From positions 310,001 to 374,000 of the forward strand of contig JAPDFW010000072.1 of assembly GCA_028826165.1 (NCBI GenBank): a stretch of DNA of 64,000 bases, given 5' to 3'. The translations under genes were made by a program, and so were the position numbers. Below, in pieces: positions 1 to 13,292 of the stretch. The stretch comes from Anaeramoeba ignava BMAN (Eukaryota > Protista > Anaeramoebae). The notes below the pieces were generated by a model that worked only from the letters and a program-made list of their open reading frames with translations, made no database searches and had not been told where the DNA came from. Position 1 is the first letter of the stretch. The number at the start of each line of letters is the position of its first letter.

Positions 1-418
1 TACTTGATTAAAAGATAAAATATCTCCTTTTTTAATCAATTATTAAAACAGAAAATCTAATTATTGAAAAAATTCAATTCATCAAGGAAAGTAATTAATA
101 ATTGATTAAAAGATAAAATATCTCCTTTTTTAATCAATTATTAAGTTAAAAATAAAGGAATAGAAAAGCAGAGAAATTTTCAATTCATCAAGGAAAATAA
201 TTAATAAATAAAAGATAAAATAAGGTTTTTGTTAAAAAAATTTGAACTCTTTAGCAGGTAATTAAAAACCAATTATTGAATCTTTTTAAAAAGAAAAAGG
301 AAATTTAAATTAATGTAAAGAAATAAAGAAAAAAAAATGAAAAAAAAAAGTTGTAAAAAAAAATATTTTTTCATTTTTTTAATTGTTTTACATTTTATTT
401 TTTTCTTTAACTTTTTAA

Positions 419-1001
419 ATGGAAAATAAATCTAATCAAAATCAAAATCAAAATCAAGATACAATTTCAAAAGAAATAGAAAAATGGAAATCAATATTTC
501 AAAAAAAACCAAAATTATCATCAATAAAAAAACCACAAAAAGCAGGATTTTTAACTAAAAAAGGTGTAGGAATGTTTAGTAATTGGAAAAGAAGATATTT
601 TGTAGCAAAAGGACCTTTTATGTATTATTTTTTATCAGAAAAAGTACAAAAATAATAAAATATATTTAAAAAATATTTTTAAAAATATTTGAAAAATTTG
701 AAAAAGCAAAATCTATAAAGAAAAATAATTAACATATTTTGATTGTGGTTAAATTTAATAGGACGATGAAAAAGCATTGGGAGTTATTTATCTCCGTAAT
801 TGTACTTTATTAAAAAATCCAAATCCTTCAAAACAATTTGAATTTTCAATTGATACAATTGTTTCAAGAAAACCTGGAAAAAAAGCTGATTCAACAAGAA
901 TTTATCAACTTTGTTCAACTAGTAGTTTAGAAAAAGATTCTTGGTGTGAAATTATTAGTCATTTTGCTCGACCAAAAGAAGATAATCTTTTGGATATTTA
1001 A
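419..1001 (+). CDS. Small PH-domain protein (exons 419-643, 762-1001)
   Basis: PH motifs KAGFLTKKG..NWKRRYFV..YYF and ALGVIYL..FSI..IYQL..EKDSWCEII. A GTACAA..TAG intron (644-761) joins the two ORFs in frame. Confidence 0.85.
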
Positions 1002-1120
1002 TCAAAAAAAATTAATCAAAAAAAATTAAATCAAAAAAAAGTGGAATAAAGAAAAAAAATTTTTTTTTTTGAAATTTCTTTCAAAGATTTAGTTAAGAAA
1101 TTAATTAAAATTGTATTAAC

Positions 1121-2710
1121 TTTAATTTTTAATTTTTAATTTTTAATTTTTAATTTTTAATTTTTAATTTTTAATTTTTAATTTTTAATTTTAATTTTTA
1201 ATTTTTAATTTTAATTTTTAATTTTTAATTTTTAATTTGAATTAATCTAAATATTTTAATTTGAATTAATATAAATATTTTAATTTGAATAAATATAAAT
1301 ATTTTAATTTGAATAAATATAAATATTTTAATTTGAATTAATATAAATATTTTAATTTGAATTAATAAAAATATTTTAAATTGAATTAATATAAATATTT
1401 TAATTTGAATTAATATAAATATTTTAATTTGAATTAATATAAATATTTTAATTTTGAATTAATATAATAATTTTAATTAATTTAAAATATAAATATTTTA
1501 ATTTGAATTAATATAAATATTTTAATTTGAATTAATATAAATATTTTTAATTTGAATTAATATAAATATTTGAATCAAATCTAAATAAAAAATTTGAATT
1601 AATATAAATATTTTAATTTGAATTAATCTAAATATTTTAATTTGAATTAATATAAATATTTTAATTTGAATTAATATAAATATTTTAATTTGAATTAATA
1701 TAAATATTTTAATTTGAATAAAATCTAAATATTTTAATTTGAATTAATATAAATATTTTTAATTTGAATTAATATAAATATTTTAATTTGAATTAATATA
1801 AATATTTTAAAATTGAATTAATATAAATATTTTAAAATTGAATAAATATAAATATTTTAAATTGAATAAATATAAATATTTAAAATTGAATTAATATAAA
1901 TATTTTAATTTTGAATTAATATAAATATTTTAATTTGAATAAATATAAATATTTAAAATTGAATTAATATAAATATTTTAATTTGAATAAATATAAATAT
2001 TTTAATTTGAATAAATATAAATATTTTAATTTGAATAAATATAAATATTTTAATTTGAATTAATATAAATATTTTAATTTGAATTAATATAAATATTTTA
2101 AATTGAATAAAAAGGGTGGAATATAAATATTTAAAATTGAATTAATCTAAATATTTTAATTTGAATTAATATAAATATTTTAATTTGAATTAATCTAAAT
2201 ATTTTAATTTGAATTAATATAAATATTTTAATTTGAATTAATCTAAATATTTTAATTTGAATTAATATAAATATTTTAATTTGAATTAATATAAATATTT
2301 TAAATTGAATAAATATAAATATTTTAATTTGAATTAATATAAATATTTTAATTTGAATTAATATAAATATTTTAATTTGAATTAATCTAAATATTTTAAT
2401 TTGAATTAATATAAATATTTTAATTTGAATTAATATAAATATTTTAAATTGAATTAATATAAATATTTTAAATTGAATAAATATAAATATTTTAATTTGA
2501 ATAAATATAAATATTTAAAATTGAATTAATATAAATATTTTAATTTGAATTAATATAAATATTTTAATTTGAATAAATATAAATATTTAAAATTGAATTA
2601 ATATAAATATTTTAAATTGAATAAAAAAGTGGAATATAAATATTTTAAATTGAATAAATCTAAATATTTTAAATTGAATAAAAAAGTGGAATATAAATAT
2701 TTTAAATTGA
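1121..2710. repeat. Intergenic tandem repeat: (TTTTAA)n followed by ~24-bp unit TTGAATTAATATAAATATTTTAAT
   Basis: Many near-identical 24-bp copies are visible; a few variants carry AAAAAGTGGAAT. Confidence 0.9.
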
Positions 2711-2937
2711 ATTTTATTTAAATTTATGTTAAAAAAGTTTGTTTTTCTGTTTAGTTTTAAAAAAAGAATAGAAAATAAAAGGAAAAAACAAAAACATAAT
2801 TTTTATAAGAAATTATTCACATTTAATTTATTTTTTAATTTATTTTTTTTCATTTTTTCATTTTTTTATTTCCAACTTTTAAATTTTATTTATTTTTATT
2901 TTTTTAATTCCCAAAAATAATAAAAAATAAATAAAAA

Positions 2938-5900
2938 ATGCAATCTTTAGATGAATTACTTGCTTCTTTGAATAATTCTTTAACAACTAATGAATCTGAA
3001 ATTTCGAATAATTCTCAATCTAATATAAATATGAGGAATGAATCTGCAAATTCTCTTGATGATCTTTTAGAATCTTTAAATAGAAATTCACAAGAAAATT
3101 CTCAAAATCCTAATTTAGAAATTCCTGATTTAAATCAATTATCTGGAAATTCAAATTGTAATAATTTTTTTTATAATATTAAAATTAAATTCAAATATAA
3201 ATCTAAATCTAAATATAAATATAAATATAAATATAAATATAAATATAAATATAAATCCAAATCTAAATCTAAATATAAATCTAAATCTAAATATAAATAT
3301 TTAAAATATAAATCTAAATCTAAATCTAAATCTAAATATAAAATATAAATAAATATAAATATAAAAATATATTTAAATATAAATATAATATATAAAATAT
3401 AAATTGAAAAATATAAATATAAATATAAATAAATATAAATATAAATATAAAAATATAAATATAAATATAAATATAAATAAAAATATAAATATAAATATTT
3501 TAAATATAAAATATAAATATAAAATAAATTTAAATAAAATAAAAATATAAATATAAAATAAATATAAAATATAAATATAAAATATAAATATAAATATGAA
3601 ATATAAATATAAATATTTCTGTTTAAATTTTAAAAATAAATAGAAAAAAAATAAAAAGGAAAATAAAAAATATAAAATAAAATATAATTATAAATTTAAA
3701 TATAAATATAAATCATTTATAATTTGAATTTTTCAAATATAAAAATAAATATAAATTTTTATATATAAATATAAATATAAATCTAAATCTAAATATAAAT
3801 ATAAATCTAAAAATAAAATATAAAAAATAAAAATAAATAAAAATAAAATAAATATAAAATTGCTAAATCTTTAAATAAAAAATACAACTATGAATATAAA
3901 TATAAATATAAAATAAATATAAATATAAATCTAAATAAATATAAATATAAATATAAATATAAATATAAATCTTATAAATATAAATCTAAATCTAAATATA
4001 AATATAAAATAAAAATATAAATATAATTATAAATCTAAATATAAATCTAAATATAAAATCTAAATATAAATCTAAATATAAAAAAAAATATAAATCTAAA
4101 TATAAATATAAATCTAAATATAAATATAAATATGAATATAAATATAAATATAAATCTAAATATAAATATAAATATAAATATAAATATAAATACAAATATA
4201 AATATAAATATAAATATAAATATAAATCTAAATATAAATATAAATCTAAATATAAATCTAAATATAAATATAAATATAAATATAAATATAAATATAAATA
4301 TAAATATAAATATAAATATAAATACAAATATAAATACAAATATAAATATAAATCTAAATCTAAATATAAATATAAAATTTAAAATTAAAATCAAATAAAT
4401 TAATAGCAACTCAAAAAGATGATCTTGATTCATTACTTGATTCACTTAAATTTGAGCAAATTCCGAAACAAAATTCAAACGACTTGCAACAAAAAGATCA
4501 AAACACACAAGATCTAGATGATTTATTAGACTCACTTGATGGTTTACAAAATCCAAATCAAAATCCAAATCCAAATCCAAATTTAAATTTCAATCCAAAT
4601 CCAAATTTAAATCAAAATACAAATTTCAATTTAAATCAATTTGGAAATCAAAATTTCTCACCCAATAAATTCGATTTTGGTAATTCACCAACAATCAGAA
4701 AGAATACACAACAAAATCCATATGATTTTCAAAACACACAAAGTCCAAACATAAAAACAAACTATGAAACCCAATTTACAACTCCAACAAAAACAACTGA
4801 AAATATGCGAATGAATTCAATCGACCAGCTTCTGCAAGGAAACTACGGACAAACATCGCCAAATCCAAGCAACATAACAACACAAACAGGAGGAATAGAT
4901 GGGAATTTTGACAATTTATTAAAATCACTTGGAATTTCTCAAATTTCACGACCGAATCAAACAACAACAACCAATTTTCAGCCAAATTCATTTAGCAATC
5001 TGACACCAAGACAGAGCAGTTTTACGACAGGATTGTCATCACCAGTGCAACCGCCGCGAACAGTATCAACGGGGCTCACAAACGTGGACGAATTGATTAA
5101 ATCGCTGTCACAAAACACACCAACACAAAATTTTTCTCGAAATCCTTCTTTCCTTTCTGGAATACAGACACCCAATTCCGAGCTGAAAACAAGCGGGTTC
5201 ATAAGCCAAAGACAAGAAGTCAATAATGAAATTGAGAGTGCGGACGATTTCTTGAATAAATTAAAATCGGCGAAAAATCCGCAATTTAGTCCGCAAATTT
5301 TGGATCAAAAAAACGAACAAGAAAACACACAAAACACGGACAAAGATAGCAATTTCGAGCACATGTGGGAAAACGGGACAACATATGATGTGGATTGCAA
5401 TGGGATCCATTCAAAATACAGTAAAATAAGCGACATCTACGAGCAGATGTCGAGCGGAGACACGATAAGAGTATTTCCAGGAATCTACCACGAGAGCATG
5501 GAAATCAAGAAAGGCATCCGGATCATTGGATTTGGACAGAAGAACCAGGTTGTGTTTGAAAACCCTGAGGCGGAGTATGACAAGCCGATATTCCAGTTTC
5601 ACTCGAGTTTTGGGAGTCTGAAAAACATCTACATTAAGTATTCAGGAATTGATACAGGAATAAAGCTTTTCACAGGAACAGTCACAATCGAGGGGTGCAC
5701 AATCAGCTCACAAGGAGTGTCTGGGATCACGGCAGAAAGCGGCGCTCAGCCTCAGATCAAAGACTGCGTGATCTCCGGATGCAAGCAAGTGGGTGTGCTT
5801 ATCCTCTCGAATAGCACTGCCGGGAAGCTTGAAAATAACACCTTCTCAGACAACTTGATCTCAGACATAGAGATCAAAACAGAAGCAAGCCCAACCATTA

Positions 5901-7423
5901 TCGGAAACATCCTGCGTTCCGGTATAACCGTGCACGATCACGCAACTGGAAGAATTGAGAACAATAAATTTTTGAAGTGTCCAAAAAATGGATTAACAGT
6001 TATGAACTTTGCCAGTCCAAATGTTGTCAATAATGTGGTTCAAGAATGCGGTTATTTTGGAGTTTTTATTTGTCAGAGAGCAAAGGGAGTTTTTGAGAAA
6101 AATACAGTAATTGGGAATCAAAAAGCAAATTTCGGCATTTCTAGTGAGGCGGATCCTGTGATTCGCGACAACCAAATCCTTCAAAGCGCGGGGTTTGGGA
6201 TCTGGTGTTTTGAGACTGCGATGGGAGAAATTGAGAGTAATGAGATTCGAGGAAATGGCGAGGCAGGGATTTTGATCTCAACAGGATCCGATCCAAAAAT
6301 CTTGAGAAATTTAATTAGCGAACAAAAAAAAAACGGTGTATTCATTTTCCAGAATTGCCAGGGGAGACTTGAGCGCAATAAAATATTCCAGAATAACGGA
6401 CACGGTGTTGAGATCAAGAAGGCTGCGTCTCCAACACTTGATTTCAATGAGATTTACAAGAACAAAGGCGCCGGAGTTCTTGTCAGTGAGTACTCAAAAC
6501 CAACGATAACCAACAACGAAATCTTCATGAACTACAAGCCCAATCTTGTTGTCACATCTCATTCCGAACCGTCTGTTGAGCGCAATCATATTTACGATGG
6601 ATTCCAATCGGGAATTCTTGTGATCGATTCAAAAGGTGTTTTTTCAAGCAATGAGCTCGATGGAAACCAGTTTTCTGGCGCAGAAATCAAGAGCAAAAGC
6701 GAGCCAATCTTCAAACAGAACAAGTTCCATGATTGCCAAGCTTACGGAATTTGGATTAACGAAGAATCCACAGGTGTATTTCAAGAAAACGAATTTACAA
6801 ACAATAAAAACTATTCAATTTTCATTACAAATTCCTCAAATCCGCAGATCCTCTCCAACACAATTACAAAGGGTGAGAAATCGGGTATTTGTGTGCAGGG
6901 ACCCAGCGCAGGTGTGTTCTCCAAAAACAACATTTCCGCGCACCAACAGCCCGAAGTTGTTCTAAAAAACGGAGCAACATCGGTTTTTTTTGACAACAAA
7001 ATTCACCATTCAAAACAAAGTGGATTTTTCATAACGGATCAGTCTCATTGCACAATTACTGAGAATCAGATATTCAACAATACGCTTTCGGGCATCGAAA
7101 TCAACATGATGAGTTTCCCTGTTATTGAGAAGAACAAAATTTTTGATGGTCAAAGTTCCGGTATTCTTATTCATCAGAAAGCGGGCGGCACAATTAAAGA
7201 GAATGAGATTTATTGTAATTGCGGTCCTGCTATTACAATCGGTGAATCTGCTGCTCCAAACATTGTCCAGAATTGGATACATGATGGTCAGTCTTGTGGC
7301 ATTAAGGCTATGAAGGCTGCAAAAGGAAATGTTACTTTGAATAAAATTGTTCGTAATAATGGTGGTGCTTTAACTGTTCTTCCTAATTGTTTTACAAAGT
7401 TTGTGAAAAACGAACTTGCTTAA
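2938..7423 (+). CDS. Protein with N-terminal LDxLLxxL (LD-like) motifs and a long C-terminal right-handed beta-helix (CASH/NosD, FBXO11-like, no F-box); exons 2938-3157, 4407-7423
   Basis: The GTAATA..TAG intron (3158-4406) restores frame into ORF 4484-7423. Motifs SLDELLASL, SLDDLLESL, DLDSLLDSL, DLDDLLDSL. GDTIRVFPGIYHE is followed by many ~23-aa N..G..I beta-helix repeats. Confidence 0.8.
3190..4375. repeat. (AAATAT/AAATCT)n microsatellite filling the intron of the beta-helix gene
   Basis: Hexamer array lies between the GT at 3158 and the AG at 4406. Confidence 0.9.
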
Positions 7424-7544
7424 TTTTTTTTTTTTTTTGATCCACTTTTTTTTTTTTTCCTCATTTCAAAAATCAAAATCAAAAACAAAAATAAATTAAA
7501 ATCACATTGAAAAATTTTTTCCTTTTTTTTTTTAGAAATTAATT

Positions 7545-7940
7545 CAAATTAAACTGAAAATTTAATTCAAAATTAATTCAAAATTAAACTGAAAATTAAA
7601 CTGAAAATTAATTCAAAATTAAACTGAAAATTAAACTGAAAATTAAACTGAAAATTAATTCAAATTAAATTTAAAATTAAACTGAAAATTAATTGGAAAT
7701 TAAACTGAAAATTAAACTGAAAAATAAACTGAAAATTAAATTGAAAATTAAACTGAAAATTAAACTGAAAAATAAACTGAAAATTAAATTGAAAATTAAA
7801 CTGAAAATTAATTGGAAATTAAATTGAAAAATAAACTGAAATTTAAACTGAAAAATTAATTGAAAATTAATTGAAAATTAATTGAAAATTAAACTGAAAA
7901 TTAAACTGAAAAATTAATTTGAAAATTAAATTCGAAATTA
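7545..7940. repeat. 12-bp tandem repeat AAAATTAAACTG between convergent genes
   Basis: Seen directly in the sequence. Confidence 0.85.
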
Positions 7941-7942
7941 AT

Positions 7943-10900
7943 TCAAAATTGATAATTCATAAATTCTTTTAAACTTGACCCAAATTGTCCAATTTCATTT
8001 GGGAAAAATTCAATAACTTCAGATTTTTCTCCTGAAACTAATCTGATAATTTTTGGATCTTTTTTACTTTTAAAAAATCGAAGATCTGCAAAACCAAATA
8101 TTGTTTTTTGATCACCTTCTCTTTTTATTTCAATTTTTTTATTGTTAATTGAAAGAATTCCAATTTTTTTACTTGAAGATTCTTTATTATGAATAAAGAT
8201 TGAAAAATTTATTCTTTGATTTACTTGTTGTTGTTTGATTTTTTGATTTGAAGATTTATTTCTTGATTGATTTAAATTTTCTTTTATTTTGGAATTATAA
8301 ATAATTTTTTTCATTTTCCGTTTTTTTTGTTTGTGTTCTTTCTGATTTGATTTAATTTCTTGATTTGAATTAATTTCATCTTTTAAATTAATTTCTTGAT
8401 TTGAATTAATTTCATCTTTTAAATTAATTTCTTGATTTAAATTAATTTCATCTTTTAAATTGATTTCTTGATTTAAATTAATTTCATCTTTTAAATTGAT
8501 TTCTTGATTTGAATTAATTTCATCTTTAGAATTAATTTCTTGATTTGAATTGATTTCATCTTTGGAATTGATTTCTTGATTTAAATTAATTTCATCTTTG
8601 GAATTGATTTCTTGATTTAAATTAATTTCATCTTTGGAATTAATTTCTTGATTTAAATTAATTTCATCTTTGGAATTAATTTCATCTTTTAATTTAATTT
8701 CATCTTTTGATTTAATTTCATCTTTTGAATTAATTTCATCTTTTGAATTAATTTCATCTTTTGATTTAATTTCATTTTTTGATTTAATTTCTTGATTTAA
8801 ATTAATTTCTTTTTTAGATTTAATTTCTTTTTTAGATTTAATTTTTGTTGTTCCTTTTTCTTCTGATTTTGTTGTTGTTGTTTCTTTTCTTCTTTCTTTT
8901 TCTTTAATTTCATCTCCTTCTCTTTTTTTAACTCAATTTTCTTCTTTAAATTCATTTCTTTCTTCTTCTTTAATTTTGCTTTTTTTGGATTTTTCCTTTC
9001 TTCAAATTTTTCATTAAATTCTTTCAAATCAGAACTTGAATCAAAAATTATCTGAAATTTTTTTTTTGGATTAGAAGATATAATTTCAATTCTTAATAAA
9101 TTCTTTTTATTCATTTTCAATTTTGTTTTTTTATAAACTAATGATTCGTTAATCAAATCTGAATTAATTAAAATGTTATTTTCTTCAAATGAAATTATCC
9201 CATTTCCAATTTTATTACTTTCTTCACCAATAATTTGAATCATAAATTGATTTTCATTTGCTTTAGAAAAACTTTCATCTGTAAAATCAATATCTTGATA
9301 ATCCTCGTCATTTTGGATTGAAATTTCTTCTTTTTTCTCAATTTCTTGATTATCTAAAGAATTTGAAATTAAATTATTTTCAGATTGTTGTTGAATTACT
9401 TCCTTTTCATATTCATTCTCTTTTTCCAAATCATAATGAATTTGCATTTGAATTTGATTTTGATTTTGATTTTGATTTTGAATTTGATTTTGATTTTCAT
9501 ATCTAAATTCATTTTGATCTAAAATAATTTGATTTTCTCGAGAAAAATAAGCCTCATTTCTTTGTAATGGAGGTTTTTGATTTCCAACTGATTTAGGAAG
9601 CAAATGACTATACTTGTTTTTTGAAGAATCAATAATTTGTTCGAATTTTCCACATTGATCTTCAGAATAAAAAGAAACAATTAACGATAATAAATCTGGA
9701 AACCGTATTTTTGCCATTTTATGATTGATTGAACTGGGAAAAAATTCAATCAAGTAAATAGGAATATTTTGTGAAAAATATGTTCTTGAAGAAAAATCAA
9801 GAAGTTCATTATTAATTGATATTTCTCCAAAATCAATAACTTGGAAAGAAGGATCCAAAATTCCAACTCGAAAAACATTTGGTTGCCAAAAATATAATGG
9901 TTTTTTTGTTGGTGAAGGAATAGAAAAGTTTGCGTTTTCTTGGAAATACTGATTATTATTATTATTAATATTAATTTGGGTTTTCTTTTCTTGGATTACT
10001 TTTGGTTTTTGAATTTTATTCTCCATTTGTGGTGATTTTTGACTTGGAGAAACAATTTTTTTGGTTTCTGGTTTTTTGTTAATAAATAAATAGAAATATT
10101 CTAAAAATTGTTTCAAATCTGATTTGTATTGAAATTTTAAAACATAATTTGAAAAATATGACTTGATTTCCAAAATTCCTTCATTTTTGTATTTGTCTTG
10201 AATTTCTAAATTTTTTGGAAGAAGATGTTCAACTGTTTTGTTTGTGTTTATGATCCGAAATTTATCATTTTCAAACTGAACAAAACCTGAATATAGTTTT
10301 TGATATTGAGAATTGAGGATATCTATTGGGATTTGTTTTATAATTTCTTGTGTTGGAATTGAAGTTAAATTAATATTTTGTGAAATTTTTGACTGTTCTG
10401 ATTTTGTTCTTAAATTTTGATTTTGATTTTGAATTAGATTTTGATTTTGATTTTGATTTTGATTTTGATTTTGATTTTGATTTTGATTTAAGTTTTGATT
10501 TGTTTTTTTCTGTTCTGATTTTGCTCTTAAATTTTGATTTTGTTGAATTCTTTGTTTTAATTGTAAATTTGGTTTTTTTTGTTCAGATTTTGATTTTGAA
10601 TTTTTAGTATTTGCAGAATTACCAAGAGGAATCCAATGACCTAAATTGTCTTCTTGATTTTGATTTTGATTTTGATTTTGATCTTGATTTTGATTTTGAT
10701 TTTGATTTTGATTTTGATTTTGATTTTCAATTAAAAATTCTCTGTAATGTTGCATAAAAATATTTGTATCTTTTTTTGATTTTAATTTTAAATAAATAGA
10801 TTTTTTGTCTGACTTTATTCTCAATAACTTATTATTTTTCGGATCATTCGAAATTTTAAAATTTATTAGAGATCGTTTTATTTTTTTAGAAAGAATATTT

Positions 10901-10992
10901 AAATGATGAGAACTAAAATAAACTTGTGTTTTATCAATTTTTCTAAGTTCTCTATCAAGTAAATTTGCTTGAATTCGATTTGTTTTACTCAT
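7943..10992 (-). CDS. Uncharacterised protein with several small beta-rich (PH-like?) modules; split by one -1 frameshift between ~8930 and 8797
   Basis: ORF 10992-8797 overlaps a second frame that is open from ~8930 to 7943 (IKSKKE/EINSKD repeats, then ORF 8314-7943). A similar F.I.I....K.G.ISI module occurs on both sides of the shift. Confidence 0.6.
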
Positions 10993-11484
10993 AAAAAATA
11001 AAAAACTAAAAAAAGAATGAAAAAAAGAATGAAAAAAAAAATAAATTTTTGCTTTTTTCTTAATTTAATTTTTTTATTTTTTTTTATTTTTCTCCTTTTA
11101 ATTTTTTTTTTTATTTTTCTCCTTTTATTTTTTTTATTTTATCTCTATTTTAAAATAAATTAAAATAATTAACTTAATAATAATAAAATATATATAATTT
11201 AAAAAATATTTAAATATAATTTTATATAAATAATAAAAAATATTATAATAAAAAATTTATTTTTCTCTTTTTTTTAATCAATAAGAAAAAAATTTTTTTA
11301 ATTAAATTTTTTTAATTAAATTTTTTGCGTTATTTTTTAATTAATTTTTTATTTAATTTTTTTTTCATTTTTCTTTATTTACTTTTCTTTTTTTTTTGTG
11401 CAATTTACTTTTTTCTTTTTACTATTTTTTTTTTGATCTATTTTTTAAAAAAAAAATTATATAAACACAAAAACAAATTTAAAA

Positions 11485-12901
11485 ATGTCAGAACTTAAAC
11501 TTGTTATTGTTGGTGGAGGAGGTGTTGGTAAATCAGCGTTAACAATTCAATTTTTACAAAATCATTTTATTACTCAGTAAATTATCAAAAAAAAATAAAT
11601 AAAAAAAAATAAATAAAAAAAAATAAATAAAAAAAAATAAATTAAAAAAAAATAAATAAAAAAACATATGGCAGAAAAAAAAATAAAACAAAATGATTAA
11701 AATAATTAAATTAATTCAAAAAATTAAATTTTCAATGTTTTTTTTTAAATAAAAAAATTTTTTTTTCTTTTTTTTTTTTAATTTAATAATTTAATAGATA
11801 TGACCCAACTATTGAAGAAACTTATCGAAAACAAGTGACAGTTGATGCAAAAACTTATGTTCTTAATATTTTGGATACAGCAGGACAAGAAGATTATTCA
11901 GCAATGAGAGAACAATATATGAAAACAGGAGAAGGTTTCTTACTTGTTTATTCAATTGTTTCAAGATCATCTTTTGAAGAAATTGATGATCTTCGTGATC
12001 AAGTTTGTGTTTAAAAAAAAATGATTTAAAAAATTATTTACAAATTTATTTAACAATTTGACATTACAATTTATTTACAAATTTATTTACAAATTTATTT
12101 AACAATTTGACATTAAAATTTATTCAAAAATTTATTTACAATTTATTTAACATTACAATTTATTTAAAATTTATTTAAAAATTTATTCAAAAATTTATTA
12201 AAAATTTGACATTAAAATTTATTTACAAATTTATTTACATATTTATTTAAAAAATTATTTACATTTATTTACAATTTATTATAATTTTGACATTACAATT
12301 TATTAAAAATTTATTTACAATTTATTTACAATTTATTCAAAAATTTATTAAAAATTTGACATTACAATTTATTTAACAATTTGACATTACAATTTATTAT
12401 AAATTTGACATTAAAATTTATTACAAATTTATTTACAAATTTATTAAAAAAATTATTCAAAAATTTATTTACAAATTTATTAAAAATTTGACATTATAAT
12501 TTATTTAAAAATTTATTATAAGTTTATTATAAGTTTATTTACAATTTATTCAAAAATTTATTTAAAATTTAATTGACAAAATTCATTCTAAATTTTTCAC
12601 TTTTCCAAAAATTTTTTTCCCCTTTTTTTTTTTTTAGATTTTAAGAGTTAAAGATGCTTCACTTGTTCCAACAGTTCTTGTTGGAAATAAATCCGATTTA
12701 GCTGATGATAGAGTTGTTGAAGTTTCAGAAGGACAAAATTTAGCAAAAACATTTCAATGTACTTTTATTGAAACTTCAGCTAAAACAAGAAATAATGTTG
12801 AAGAATGTTTTCATGCTTTGGTTCGTGAAGTTGTTAAAATGAGAGAATTAAATCAACAAACTCAACCAAAAAAGAAGAAAAAAAGATGTTCAATTCTTTA
12901 A
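11485..12901 (+). CDS. ras: Ras-family small GTPase (exons 11485-11576, 11798-12002, 12638-12901)
   Basis: [61 protein letters not shown], and a polybasic tail with CAAX ([10 protein letters not shown]). Both introns are GT-AG and in frame. Confidence 0.95.
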
Positions 12902-13292
12902 AAAAAATTATTTCAATTTCTCAAATTACTTTTACTTTTACTTTTACTTTTACTTTTACTTTTACTTTTACTTTTACTTCCTTTTTTTTACCATTTTTTC
13001 TTCTTTTCCAAAAAAAAAAAGTTATGTTCTTTTCTTCTCTTTTTTTTTCTTTTTACTTTTTCTTTGATATTTTTTGCTGGACACTGATTGTTGTTTTTGC
13101 TTTTTCTTTTTTTTTATAATTTTTTTCCTTTCTCTTTTTCTTTTTCTTTTTCTTTTCTTTTTCTTTGATCTAAACTCAAAAAAAAAGAAAAAAAAAAACA
13201 AAAAAATTAAATAAAAAAAAACAACAAAAACTTTAAAAAAGAAAAAAAAATTCATTTTTTTATTTTTATTTTTTTATTTTTTTTATTATTAA

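Noticed and set aside
1-230. Degenerate ~100-bp direct repeat at the window start
   Set aside because: Only about two copies, truncated by the window edge, with no terminal repeats or coding signal to assign a function.
3992-4445. ORFs of YLYL/FIFI/NINI repeats (also 13521-14052, 18379-19818, 20972-22042, 23227-24115, 28280-29921, 37488-38288, 54015-55809)
   Set aside because: They are alternate-frame or antisense readings of microsatellites in introns, intergenic DNA or N/Q-coding tracts, with no independent coding signal.
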